Part shown: positions 24,280-32,214 of the stretch, piece after piece
Position numbering within the stretch: position 1 is the first letter of the stretch
How the letters are laid out: each line of letters opens with the position of its first letter
Origin: Candidatus Culexmicrobium profundum
GTDB lineage: Archaea > Thermoproteota > Methanomethylicia > Culexarchaeales > Culexmicrobiaceae
Reading direction: 5' to 3'
NCBI GenBank assembly: GCA_025061245.1
Contig: JANZKD010000001.1
Coordinates: 1 to 32,214 of the forward strand
DNA length: 32,214 nt
Program-made: the position numbers and the translations under genes
Notes under the pieces: generated by a model
What the model saw: the letters and a program-made list of their open reading frames with translations, nothing else
Databases searched by the model: none
Told to the model about the DNA's origin: nothing

Positions 24280-24584
24280 TTTTCCACAGTCTTTAAATAC
24301 GTTTTATGTCTCAAAATTGAGGGGCTAAAATCAATATTAAACTTTCACTATTAATATTCATTTTTTCGATTTCTCTTTTCATTTTATTGTCTATTACGAG
24401 TAATCCATTTATTTTAATTGTGCTGTTGCTTTTCATGTTTGTATTGAAGGTTTTAGATTTTGATTTAGTTTTCTTTCTTATGTGTGTCTATATGTTTGGC
24501 TTGATTATTGGCTTATCAATTAATCCTCCATGGTAATCGGATGTTTTATTTGAGATGTCTTATTTAGACTATGTAGGGTAAAAT

Positions 24585-25973
24585 ATGGCTTTTTCAAGGC
24601 TTTTTGGTACTTCTGGTGTTCGGGGTGAGATTGATAAGTTTTTAACTCCAGAGTTGGTTGTTAAGCTTTCAAAGGCTTTTGCAGTTTTTATTGGCGGATC
24701 CGGAACTGTTGCTGTTGGTAGGGATGTACGCTTGCATTCACGCATGTTATTTGAGGCATGTGTTTCTGGTCTTTTGTCGGGTGGTGTAGATGTTGTTGAT
24801 TGTGGTGTTATACCTACACCTACACTTCTTCATGTCGTTAAAAGCTATAAGCTGGATGGAGCGGTTATGATTACAGCTAGTCATGTTCCACCACAATTTG
24901 GAGGTGTACTTTTCTTTCATGGTGATACTGCTGAGCTAGGTAGGGATGAAAGCAAAATTTTAGAATACTTCACATTTAAAGAGTTTAAATATAATTCATC
25001 TACTAGTCTAGGTAAAGTAGTTGGCCTTAGTGTTGAAGAAATCTTTGAAGTCTACTTAAATTCTGTTACTCGGCTTGTTAATATGAAGCTTGTTAACAGT
25101 TTAGGTTGCCAAGTAATCTTAGATCTATGTAATAGTGCACAATCCATGTTTCTTCCTTTCATTGCTAGGGAATTTGGATGTAAAGTTTTCTGCATTAATG
25201 ATTTTCCTAATGGATATTTTCCTGGACGTGGAGCAGATTTGCACCCTAAATTACTAGAGTCAACTTCAAGGTTATTAACTAAAATTAAGGCTGATTTCGC
25301 TTTGGCTACTGATGGTGATGGGGATAGATGCCTCTTTATTGATGATTTGGGTGTGATTTTGTGGGGTGATATTGCTGGTTGCCTTTTTGCTCGAGAGGAA
25401 TTATTACGTAAAGGTGGTGGAATAATAGTATGTCCAATTAATACTTCAAATCTAATTTTACATGTTACGAAAGAATTGAATGGTAATGTTCATTTTACAA
25501 GAATTGGTCCTCCTGAAATTGCTTCTTCTATTAAGTCTCTAAATAGTTGTGTTTTTGCATTTGAGGAATCTGGGAAATATATTTGGCCAGAAAATATTCT
25601 TTATGGTGATCCTGTACTTGCACTTGGTAAGTTACTTGAAATACTGTCTAAGTATCATACTTTGAGTAGGGCTGTAGAAATGTTTCCAAGGTTTCATCAA
25701 GTTAAGTATAAGGTTTCTTGTCCTAATGAGATTAAAGAGAGAGTGTTAAGTTATCTTAAGGTTAAAGTCTTAGATTTTGATTATAAAGAGATCATTGATA
25801 TTGATGGATTAAAAATTATTTTTGATGATAATAGCTGGCTTTTATTAAGGCCTTCTGGAACTGAGCCTGTGTTTAGAGTTTTTAGTGAAAGTTTGGATGC
25901 AAATTATGCTAAGGAACTTGCGTTAACCGGCTTAAATATGGTTAAAGAAGCAATTAGAAAGTTATCTAAATAA
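24585..25973 (+). CDS. Alpha-D-phosphohexomutase family enzyme (phosphoglucosamine/phosphomannomutase-like)
   Basis: FGTSGVRG, phosphoserine loop ITASHVPPQFGG, metal loop ATDGDGDRCLF, and sugar-phosphate loop RPSGTEP. Confidence 0.85.
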   Translation: MAFSRLFGTSGVRGEIDKFLTPELVVKLSKAFAVFIGGSGTVAVGRDVRLHSRMLFEACVSGLLSGGVDVVDCGVIPTPTLLHVVKSYKLDGAVMITASHVPPQFGGVLFFHGDTAELGRDESKILEYFTFKEFKYNSSTSLGKVVGLSVEEIFEVYLNSVTRLVNMKLVNSLGCQVILDLCNSAQSMFLPFIAREFGCKVFCINDFPNGYFPGRGADLHPKLLESTSRLLTKIKADFALATDGDGDRCLFIDDLGVILWGDIAGCLFAREELLRKGGGIIVCPINTSNLILHVTKELNGNVHFTRIGPPEIASSIKSLNSCVFAFEESGKYIWPENILYGDPVLALGKLLEILSKYHTLSRAVEMFPRFHQVKYKVSCPNEIKERVLSYLKVKVLDFDYKEIIDIDGLKIIFDDNSWLLLRPSGTEPVFRVFSESLDANYAKELALTGLNMVKEAIRKLSK

Positions 25974-26735
25974 GTCTTTTTCTTCAGGGTATATTAGTTC
26001 TTGAGTTGTTCCTTCACCTTTAGGATAGTCGTATCCTTTAATTATTACAACTGGAATGCCGTCTGCTTTTCCCATGGCTAACTCTGCTGCGGCTGCTAAT
26101 TCATCTGCTACTGCCATTTGAGTTACTCTTAAGGTATATCCAAACATATCTGATCGCCCTATGTACTCTTTTATTGGCTTCATTCCCGCTATTCCAATTG
26201 CAAAGTTAACATGTCCTCTTCTCCATGCTCTTCCAAATGTATCTGAAATTATAATTGCAACTTTTTTACCTGTCAGTTCTCCTATACGTTCCATGATTTT
26301 GCGAGCTGAAGCATCTGGGTCCTTTGGTAAGAGCGATACTATTTCTTTTTCACCTTTAACATTTGATCTATCAATACCTGCATTTGCACATACAAATCCA
26401 TGTCTAGTTTCCATAATCAAGTGTCTTCCCTTCATTTTTACGATCTTATTGCTTTCTTGAAGAATTAATTCGACGAGTCTGGGGTCTTTTCCAGTTAACT
26501 CGGCTACTCTAAGTGCGAAGGTTGATGGTGTAACTGTATCTAGATGTATTAGACGTCCTTCAGCTTTAGATACGATTTTGCTGGCAATTACAATTATGTC
26601 TCCATCTTCTATGTCTATGTGCTGTTCCTTTGCCGCATCACATATAATCTTGCCTATGTCGTCTCCTTCTTTTATGATTGGAATACCTCTCAATCCTATA
26701 ATTCTTATTTCTTCATAATTTGATTTCTTCTTCAT
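25962..26735 (-). CDS. cofE: Coenzyme F420-0:L-glutamate ligase
   Basis: GDIIVIASKIVSKAEGR and FVCANAGIDRSNV are CofE signatures. GGAGGA lies upstream of the ATG, inside the end of the preceding gene. Confidence 0.8.
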   Translation of the reverse strand: MKKKSNYEEIRIIGLRGIPIIKEGDDIGKIICDAAKEQHIDIEDGDIIVIASKIVSKAEGRLIHLDTVTPSTFALRVAELTGKDPRLVELILQESNKIVKMKGRHLIMETRHGFVCANAGIDRSNVKGEKEIVSLLPKDPDASARKIMERIGELTGKKVAIIISDTFGRAWRRGHVNFAIGIAGMKPIKEYIGRSDMFGYTLRVTQMAVADELAAAAELAMGKADGIPVVIIKGYDYPKGEGTTQELIYPEEKDLFR

Positions 26736-28311
26736 ATTTAATCCTCCTTAAGACTAGTAATATGATGGCGGCTATAGTTATTATTGTTAATGTTAAAGAT
26801 GTTTTTGCTATTGTTTCTCCAATGGATGCTTTTATTATGGCTGTTTTTAAGTCGCCTTGTCTAAGAGCGTTTTCAGCTTGTTCTAGTAATTTTTTAGCTA
26901 TAAATAGCCATGGCTGAGCTATGGGTAATTGTTCTTCTACTATTTTCTTTCCTTGCTTTATGGCTTCTTGGACTATGTATATATCCACGATGTTGAATCC
27001 CCATTTAGCAAATTTTGATGTTAAATCTGTTTTTGAGCAAGAGCTGAGATAGTGTATCAATGTGTCTATTGTTGTTATGTTTCCTAAACTCTTTATTTTA
27101 TTAAAGAAGCATTTGTAGAACTCTAGTCCTCCGTTTTCTTCTGCTATTTCCTTTACGATGAGGTATGATGCTGCATAATATGCTATAATATTGCTATCCT
27201 GTTTTCCTGGCCGCCATTTTTGAATGAAGCCAAGATTAGGTTTAAGGTTTTCAGCTAGTGCTTCAAGTTCCTCTCTTTTGCTTTCTGCCCCTGTCCATCC
27301 AGCTCTTAAAGTTAGTTCATAGCTTATATATTCTGCTAAGCCTTCATGGAACCAGAGTATGTTTGGTGAAATTCCAGCAGTCCATACGAATTGATGTACT
27401 AATTCATGAATGGCAATTTGTTCCCAGTATCCCACTGCAGTTCTGACAAAGAATAAGTTTAAGTTTATTTCACCTAAATGTGTTCCATTGAATGGTATGA
27501 AACCGGCAATCCATAAATCTTCTAATGTTGGGGCAAAAAATTCTACCTCTACATCACTTAAGTTTACTGCAAAAATTTCAGTCATATTTTCATAAACTTT
27601 CTCATATGCGTGTAATAGTCGCTCAGCTAAGTCAATGTATCTAGTTGGTGTTTTTATATGGAAGATGTCATTTTCAATTATTGTTTTATTTAATGGTTTA
27701 TCTATCGTATACTCGATGGCTATTCTTGCTAAATTTGTTTTTATTTTGAAGGTAACTTCAAAATATTCGTCATATTCAGAGATGGCTTCTGGTTTTGGTA
27801 GCATTGCTTCTTCTTTTAATTTAGCTGATTTAGGGAATCTAACGAAAATTGTTGCTTCATCTTTTGTGCTGAATCCTATTTGGGGTGAGTAGAAGAAGCC
27901 TCTTGGTTCAACTATTATTGATCCATAATTCATATTATATGTGATTAGAAGTTTAAATCCATGTTTTCCAGCAAAGTTGAATGTGAAATTATTATAGAAT
28001 ACATATTTCTCTTCGCTTGATGCATATGCGTCGCTTATACTATAATCTATTATTTCTCCCCTAATTACTTGGTATTCCCATGGGGTGAAGTTTTTTGGTA
28101 CTAGTACCCATGATGTTCCTCTATTCATAGATGTTGAATATTCTATTTCTATATGTGCTTCTCCTTCATCGTTGACTGTTATTGTATAGTTGTATGTTCC
28201 TCCTTTCTGTTCATGTGTTGACAGGTCATTTGCATTTACAATTAGTGGTATAGATGTTAAGATTAAAAGAAGTAGCAATGCTATTGGCAGTATCTCTATA
28301 TTTTTCTTCAT
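26713..28311 (-). CDS. Secreted/membrane-anchored gluzincin-like metallopeptidase (peptidase MA-like)
   Basis: N-terminal signal-like helix. HELVH (nt 27394-27408) is followed by WFHEGLAEY as a candidate third ligand. C-terminal TM anchor then RRIK. Confidence 0.6.
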   Translation of the reverse strand: MKKNIEILPIALLLLLILTSIPLIVNANDLSTHEQKGGTYNYTITVNDEGEAHIEIEYSTSMNRGTSWVLVPKNFTPWEYQVIRGEIIDYSISDAYASSEEKYVFYNNFTFNFAGKHGFKLLITYNMNYGSIIVEPRGFFYSPQIGFSTKDEATIFVRFPKSAKLKEEAMLPKPEAISEYDEYFEVTFKIKTNLARIAIEYTIDKPLNKTIIENDIFHIKTPTRYIDLAERLLHAYEKVYENMTEIFAVNLSDVEVEFFAPTLEDLWIAGFIPFNGTHLGEINLNLFFVRTAVGYWEQIAIHELVHQFVWTAGISPNILWFHEGLAEYISYELTLRAGWTGAESKREELEALAENLKPNLGFIQKWRPGKQDSNIIAYYAASYLIVKEIAEENGGLEFYKCFFNKIKSLGNITTIDTLIHYLSSCSKTDLTSKFAKWGFNIVDIYIVQEAIKQGKKIVEEQLPIAQPWLFIAKKLLEQAENALRQGDLKTAIIKASIGETIAKTSLTLTIITIAAIILLVLRRIKYEEEIKL

Positions 28312-29090
28312 GCTTTCTCCCTCAGAGTTTTCCTTGCAAATATAATATAACCTGTGTGTCCAATCATGCGGGATTCTGGTCTTGTACCACTTGGACTAAC
28401 CATTATTCTTCTCATTAAACATTCCATGCACTCTATTGCTATAAAATCATTTTCCCTTAATGCTTTAACTGTTTTTACTATTTGTTCGATTGTAGGGCTA
28501 AAGCTTACAAAGGTTCCCCATTCAGCTAGAGCTTTACGTGCATGAGGAACCACTAACCATGGTGTCGCTAGATCTAAAAATACTGCATCAACATTTTCTT
28601 CATCTATTCCTTCAGTTATATCCTTTAATTTTAATTCAACATAATTGATGAGACCTGCCTTTTCTAAATTTTTCTTTGCATTTAAGAGAAAATCTTCTCT
28701 AATTTCGTAGCTATAGACTTTTCCAGTCGGTCTAATATAGTGTGCGAGTGCACTTGTAAGTGCTCCTGTCCCTGTTCCAGCTTCAACAACTCTGCTTCCT
28801 GGACCAATACCACTATAAAATATCATCAGTGCAATGTCTTTAGGATATATTATCTGAGTTTTCCTTGTGAATTTTAAGATGTAATCTCTTATTGTAGGTT
28901 TCAATATAATGAAGTCTGTATTTAGATGACTTTTAATTGTTTCACCATATTTTTTCCCTATTAATTCATCAAGTTTAATATATCCTCTATGCGTGTGAAG
29001 AGTTTTATCAGGTTTTACTGTTACAAGGTATGTTCTTTTCTTTGTTAAATACAACAGTACATTATCATTTTCTCTAATAATAGTTTCCAT
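28308..29090 (-). CDS. trmI: tRNA (adenine-N1)-methyltransferase TrmI/GCD14 family
   Basis: VVEAGTGTGALTSALA SAM motif and DAVFLDLATPW. The ATG at 29090 follows GGTGA. The track ORF extends to a TTG at 29117. Confidence 0.85.
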   Translation of the reverse strand: METIIRENDNVLLYLTKKRTYLVTVKPDKTLHTHRGYIKLDELIGKKYGETIKSHLNTDFIILKPTIRDYILKFTRKTQIIYPKDIALMIFYSGIGPGSRVVEAGTGTGALTSALAHYIRPTGKVYSYEIREDFLLNAKKNLEKAGLINYVELKLKDITEGIDEENVDAVFLDLATPWLVVPHARKALAEWGTFVSFSPTIEQIVKTVKALRENDFIAIECMECLMRRIMVSPSGTRPESRMIGHTGYIIFARKTLREKA

Positions 29091-29178
29091 TACATTTTCA
29101 CCATTTAGTATTCTCAATATGAAACCATCGAGTTTAAGCTATAAACTTATTTATTTAGAGAGTGATGGTTTACTTGAC

Positions 29179-30246
29179 ATGTATGATGAAAGTTATTTAA
29201 GGTATCCAACTGTAAGAAAGGCTCTTTTATATGAGTCCAAGCGTAATGATGTTGTACAATGCAATCTATGTGAAAGAAGGTGTAATATTCCTAGAGGAGG
29301 ATTTGGTTTCTGTAGAACTAGGGTTAATATTAATGGGGTCTTGTATACGCTAGTTTATGGTGATTTGAATGCCATTGAGAGTAGACCTATAGAAATAAAG
29401 CCCTTCTTTCATTTTTGGCCTGGATCAACGGCTTTAACTTTTTCCACTTGGAGTTGTAATTTTAATTGTCCTTGGTGTCAAAATTGGCATTTAAGCAAAC
29501 AGCCACCCAATCCTAGAACAGCTTTCTTTGTTTCTCCTGAAAAAATTGTTAGAAAGGCTTTATCTAGTAGAGATGATGGATTATGTGTAAGTTTTACAGA
29601 ACCAACCATGCTATTTGAATTTTCAGTAGATGCCTTTAAGCTTGCATCCAAGTTTTCACTCTATAACACCTATGTGAGTAATGGGTACATGACATTTGAA
29701 GCACTTAAGATTTTGAAGGATAGTGGTCTTAATGGATTGAAAATTGACATTAAGGGAGATGATGAGGTTTATAAAAAATATTGCGGTGGACTTGATGTTG
29801 AGTATGTTTGGAGAAATGCTAGGGAAGCTAAGCAAATGGGTATTCATGTAGAGATGGTGAACTTGCTTATATCTGGTGTTAACGATGATGAAGAATGTAT
29901 TAGATGGATTATTGAGAGACATTTAAAGGAGGTTGGACCTGATACTCCTATACACTTTACACGATATTATCCTGCATATAAGTTTCATAATCCTCCTACT
30001 AAAATTGAAAAATTAGAATTTGCATATAATCTAGCTAAAAAATTAGGAGTGAATTATCCTTATATTGGAAATGTTCCCGGTCATTCATATGAAAATACCT
30101 ATTGCCCTGAATGTGGTGAATTGCTTATAAAGAGGTATGGTTATACTGTTGTAGATTATCGAGTTACTTCAGATAGTAGGTGTCCTAGATGTGGTAGACA
30201 TATTCCTATAACAGGTAAATACATTAAAAAACGAAGATTCATTTAA
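29179..30246 (+). CDS. amrS: AmmeMemoRadiSam-system radical SAM enzyme (PflA-like activase family)
   Basis: CNFNCPWC CxxxCxxC motif, upstream CNLCERRC...GFCRTR, and C-terminal CPECG...CPRCG. Start chosen at M21 (29179) to match the usual spacing to the first Cys and to leave room for a promoter. ATG 29119 is the alternative. Confidence 0.75.
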   Translation: MYDESYLRYPTVRKALLYESKRNDVVQCNLCERRCNIPRGGFGFCRTRVNINGVLYTLVYGDLNAIESRPIEIKPFFHFWPGSTALTFSTWSCNFNCPWCQNWHLSKQPPNPRTAFFVSPEKIVRKALSSRDDGLCVSFTEPTMLFEFSVDAFKLASKFSLYNTYVSNGYMTFEALKILKDSGLNGLKIDIKGDDEVYKKYCGGLDVEYVWRNAREAKQMGIHVEMVNLLISGVNDDEECIRWIIERHLKEVGPDTPIHFTRYYPAYKFHNPPTKIEKLEFAYNLAKKLGVNYPYIGNVPGHSYENTYCPECGELLIKRYGYTVVDYRVTSDSRCPRCGRHIPITGKYIKKRRFI

Positions 30247-30253
30247 TCTTTCT

Positions 30254-30433
30254 TCACTTAGATTCTAGAATTTTATCGAGTTTTTTAATTATTTCATCGA
30301 GCTTCTTATCTATTTCATTTTGTTTTTTAACGATGTGCATTAAAAGTTTGAGTATATCTCCTGTCCAATGCGCGTCGTAGATAAATGGTTCAATTGGAGG
30401 TAGAGGTGGTTCACGAATTCTATCATTCTTCAT
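30254..30433 (-). CDS. Small hypothetical coiled-coil protein
   Basis: ATG at 30433 follows AGGTG. The C-terminal heptad-like KKQNEIDKKLDEIIKKLDKILESK is low-complexity. No homology recognised. Confidence 0.3.
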   Translation of the reverse strand: MKNDRIREPPLPPIEPFIYDAHWTGDILKLLMHIVKKQNEIDKKLDEIIKKLDKILESK

Positions 30434-30481
30434 AATAACACCTAAAAAATTATTGTAATACAAAGTAATTAAAGAATTGGT

Positions 30482-31156
30482 TCAAGTTATCGTCTTAATT
30501 TCTACTACTTTTCCTCCACAGTACTTAGTGATGTTTTCCGCTGCTTTTTCAGTAGCTTCTAAAACTTTTTTCAATGGAACATTGGGTACCCCACAAGCTA
30601 CAATTAAAACATTTTTTGTTTCTCTAGTTATTTTTGTTTCATCTGCATCCCTGTGAGGATAGAGGTTTATTATTTTTTCAGCATCTGAAATTACTAGTTG
30701 TTTCTCAACTTCTTCTTCCTCTTCACCAATTGCCTTAAATTTTTCTCCCGGCTTTGACCATCTTAGAATTAATGGTTCCTTTATTTTGTCAAAATCGTAT
30801 GCTCCAATTGGTATCTGTGTTTCAATTGAAGCTAAATTATAGGCATCTACTGCTGTGTTTATATGTGGAATGTTTTTGCCTCTTAATATTCTTCTAATTA
30901 ATGCTTCTGCGGAAGGTCTTTGCTTTGTGGGGTCAATCTTTATTCTCCAATAAAATTTTCTATACGCTTTAATTAAGGGCATTGCCTTTAAATCTTCGAT
31001 TTTAATTTGCTTTCTAATTTTCTCTTCAATTTCTCTCATTTTTGCTTTCAATTTGTCATTGTCCTTTTCTACGTGGATGTTTTTGATTAAAGCTATTCCG
31101 AGAGAAATGCCTTCAAATTCTCGTTTTACATCTTTGTTTATCTCAATTTCCACCAT
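30482..31156 (-). CDS. B3/B4 tRNA-binding domain protein (PheT B3_4-like stand-alone)
   Basis: NTAVDAYNLASIETQIPIGAYDFDKI...LILRWSKPGEKFKAIG matches the B3_4 domain pattern. AGGGGA lies upstream of the ATG. Confidence 0.7.
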   Translation of the reverse strand: MVEIEINKDVKREFEGISLGIALIKNIHVEKDNDKLKAKMREIEEKIRKQIKIEDLKAMPLIKAYRKFYWRIKIDPTKQRPSAEALIRRILRGKNIPHINTAVDAYNLASIETQIPIGAYDFDKIKEPLILRWSKPGEKFKAIGEEEEEVEKQLVISDAEKIINLYPHRDADETKITRETKNVLIVACGVPNVPLKKVLEATEKAAENITKYCGGKVVEIKTIT

Positions 31157-31389
31157 ATTTTCCCCTATGTTTAGTAAATCTTGATGGATAATATGCTTTC
31201 TATTTTATTGTTAATTTGAGGGGCTCAGCTTTGGTGTCATTCTTCATTGGTTAACTTGGAAATACCAGCCCTCTTCATCGCCCATTATATTACTTGTCTC
31301 CTTTTTCTTAAATTTATCTCAGCTTATTGAACTCGTTTTTACAGTTAACTTTAAATTACTTTCAACTAAATTAGGTTTTAAGGTTTGAG

Positions 31390-32166
31390 GTGTTAGTTGT
31401 GTTTAAGGATGAGCTTAATAGAGTTTCTCTTGAGAAGAATAGTAGAATTATTTTAGCCTTAGATCCTTCAGCATTACCTAGAGATTTAACTCAGGAACAG
31501 TTAAAAAGTAGAGCTATTAAAATTCTTCGAGACGTTAGTCCATATATTTGCGGTGTTAAGATAAATATGCAACTCTTACTTCCACTTGGACTTTATTATG
31601 GAGTTAAAGAGATCATTGATTTAGCTCATAATTTTGGTTTGCCCGTGATAATGGATTGTAAGTTAAGTGATGTTGGGCATACTAATGCATGGGCTACTCG
31701 TCATTATTTTGAGGCTGGTTTTGATGCAATGATTATTAATCCAATAATTGGTTGGGCTCAAGGAGCAGAACCAATATTTCAAGTTGCAAAGGAATATGGT
31801 GGAAGAGGCATTATTTTGCTTGTATATACTACCCATAAAGCTGCTCCTGAAAGCTATGAATTACTTGTTAAGGATCCCGTGTCTGGTAGAGAAATTTTCT
31901 TGTATGAGCTTTTCGCAAGAAGGGCTCTTGAATGGAATGCTGATGGTGCGATTGTTGGTGGAACTTATCCTGAGAAAATTAAAATAATTTCAAGCATTCT
32001 TCAAGGTAAGGTTCCAATATTCTCACCGGGCATTGGAGTACAGGGTGGGAGAATAAAGGCGTGTTTAGAAGCTGGAACAAAATATTTCATTATTGGGCGA
32101 TCCATTTTCAATGCTGAAAATCCAGCAGAGGCTGCTAAATTCTTTAGGGATCTAGCTTTATCTTAA
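31390..32166 (+). CDS. pyrF: Orotidine 5'-phosphate decarboxylase
   Basis: ILALDP, GVKINMQLL, IMDCKLSDVGHTNA and IIGRSIFNAENP are the OMP decarboxylase signature residues. GTG start (a second GTG lies at 31399). Confidence 0.85.
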   Translation: MLVVFKDELNRVSLEKNSRIILALDPSALPRDLTQEQLKSRAIKILRDVSPYICGVKINMQLLLPLGLYYGVKEIIDLAHNFGLPVIMDCKLSDVGHTNAWATRHYFEAGFDAMIINPIIGWAQGAEPIFQVAKEYGGRGIILLVYTTHKAAPESYELLVKDPVSGREIFLYELFARRALEWNADGAIVGGTYPEKIKIISSILQGKVPIFSPGIGVQGGRIKACLEAGTKYFIIGRSIFNAENPAEAAKFFRDLALS

Positions 32167-32214
32167 TTTAGAATACTTTTAATATTATGCCGAATCCCTT
32201 TGTTCTTCCTTCTC

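Noticed and set aside
31157-31389. Possible structured ncRNA or C/D-box sRNA in the 233-nt gap before pyrF (imperfect GAGGGGCT / AGCCCTC pairing, TGATGG box-like string)
   Set aside because: The stem is imperfect with wobble pairs and a mismatch. No matching D box (CTGA) lies at a suitable distance. The region is simply a divergent promoter space.
1-32214. tRNA, rRNA, CRISPR arrays, transposases/integrases or defence-system genes
   Set aside because: I scanned all intergenic gaps (none longer than about 305 nt) for GC-rich cloverleaf-like islands and regularly spaced repeats and saw none. No ORF shows integrase, transposase, Cas or restriction motifs. A covariance-model scan would be needed to exclude small RNAs fully.

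Overview
AT-rich archaeal chromosomal window. The archaeal call rests on A-type ATPase subunits I/K/C, RtcA, FAU-1, TrmI, an EndoQ-like PHP nuclease, CofE, and frequent TTG/GTG starts behind GGTGA-like Shine-Dalgarno sites. I support about 35 protein-coding genes. By eye I found no rRNA, tRNA, CRISPR array, transposase or integrase. Two themes stand out. (1) There is a complete complex-I-style 11-subunit gene set (NuoA,B,C,D,H,I,J1,J2,K,N,L,M; no NuoE/F/G). Its catalytic subunits are hydrogenase-type, not quinone-reductase-type. The NuoD homologue keeps both full [NiFe] ligand motifs (RICGICNTPH and DPCYCCTER) plus a 32-aa C-terminal tail. The NuoB homologue has the CxxC (not tandem CC) cluster motif. 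The genes lie in four blocks (108-3832, 5995-8346, 16236-18398, 21075-22595). (2) Between these blocks sits a membrane-sector-only A/V-ATPase island (9401-15460). It carries a full-length subunit I and a second subunit I paralogue lacking about 150 aa of the cytoplasmic N-domain. It also carries a tandem-duplicated 4-TM proteolipid with a 45-nt perfect internal repeat, subunit C (d), and two unrecognised proteins: one very basic, one a membrane-tethered HTH. No A/B/D/E/F genes occur anywhere in the 32 kb. The rest is housekeeping: TtuA-like tRNA thiolase, RtcA, FAU-1, SpeH, PGM/PMM-family mutase, CofE, a secreted HExxH peptidase, TrmI, AmmeMemoRadiSam radical SAM, a B3/4-domain protein and PyrF. 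All functional calls are motif recognition from the supplied translations. No database search was possible, so novelty claims are hypotheses.
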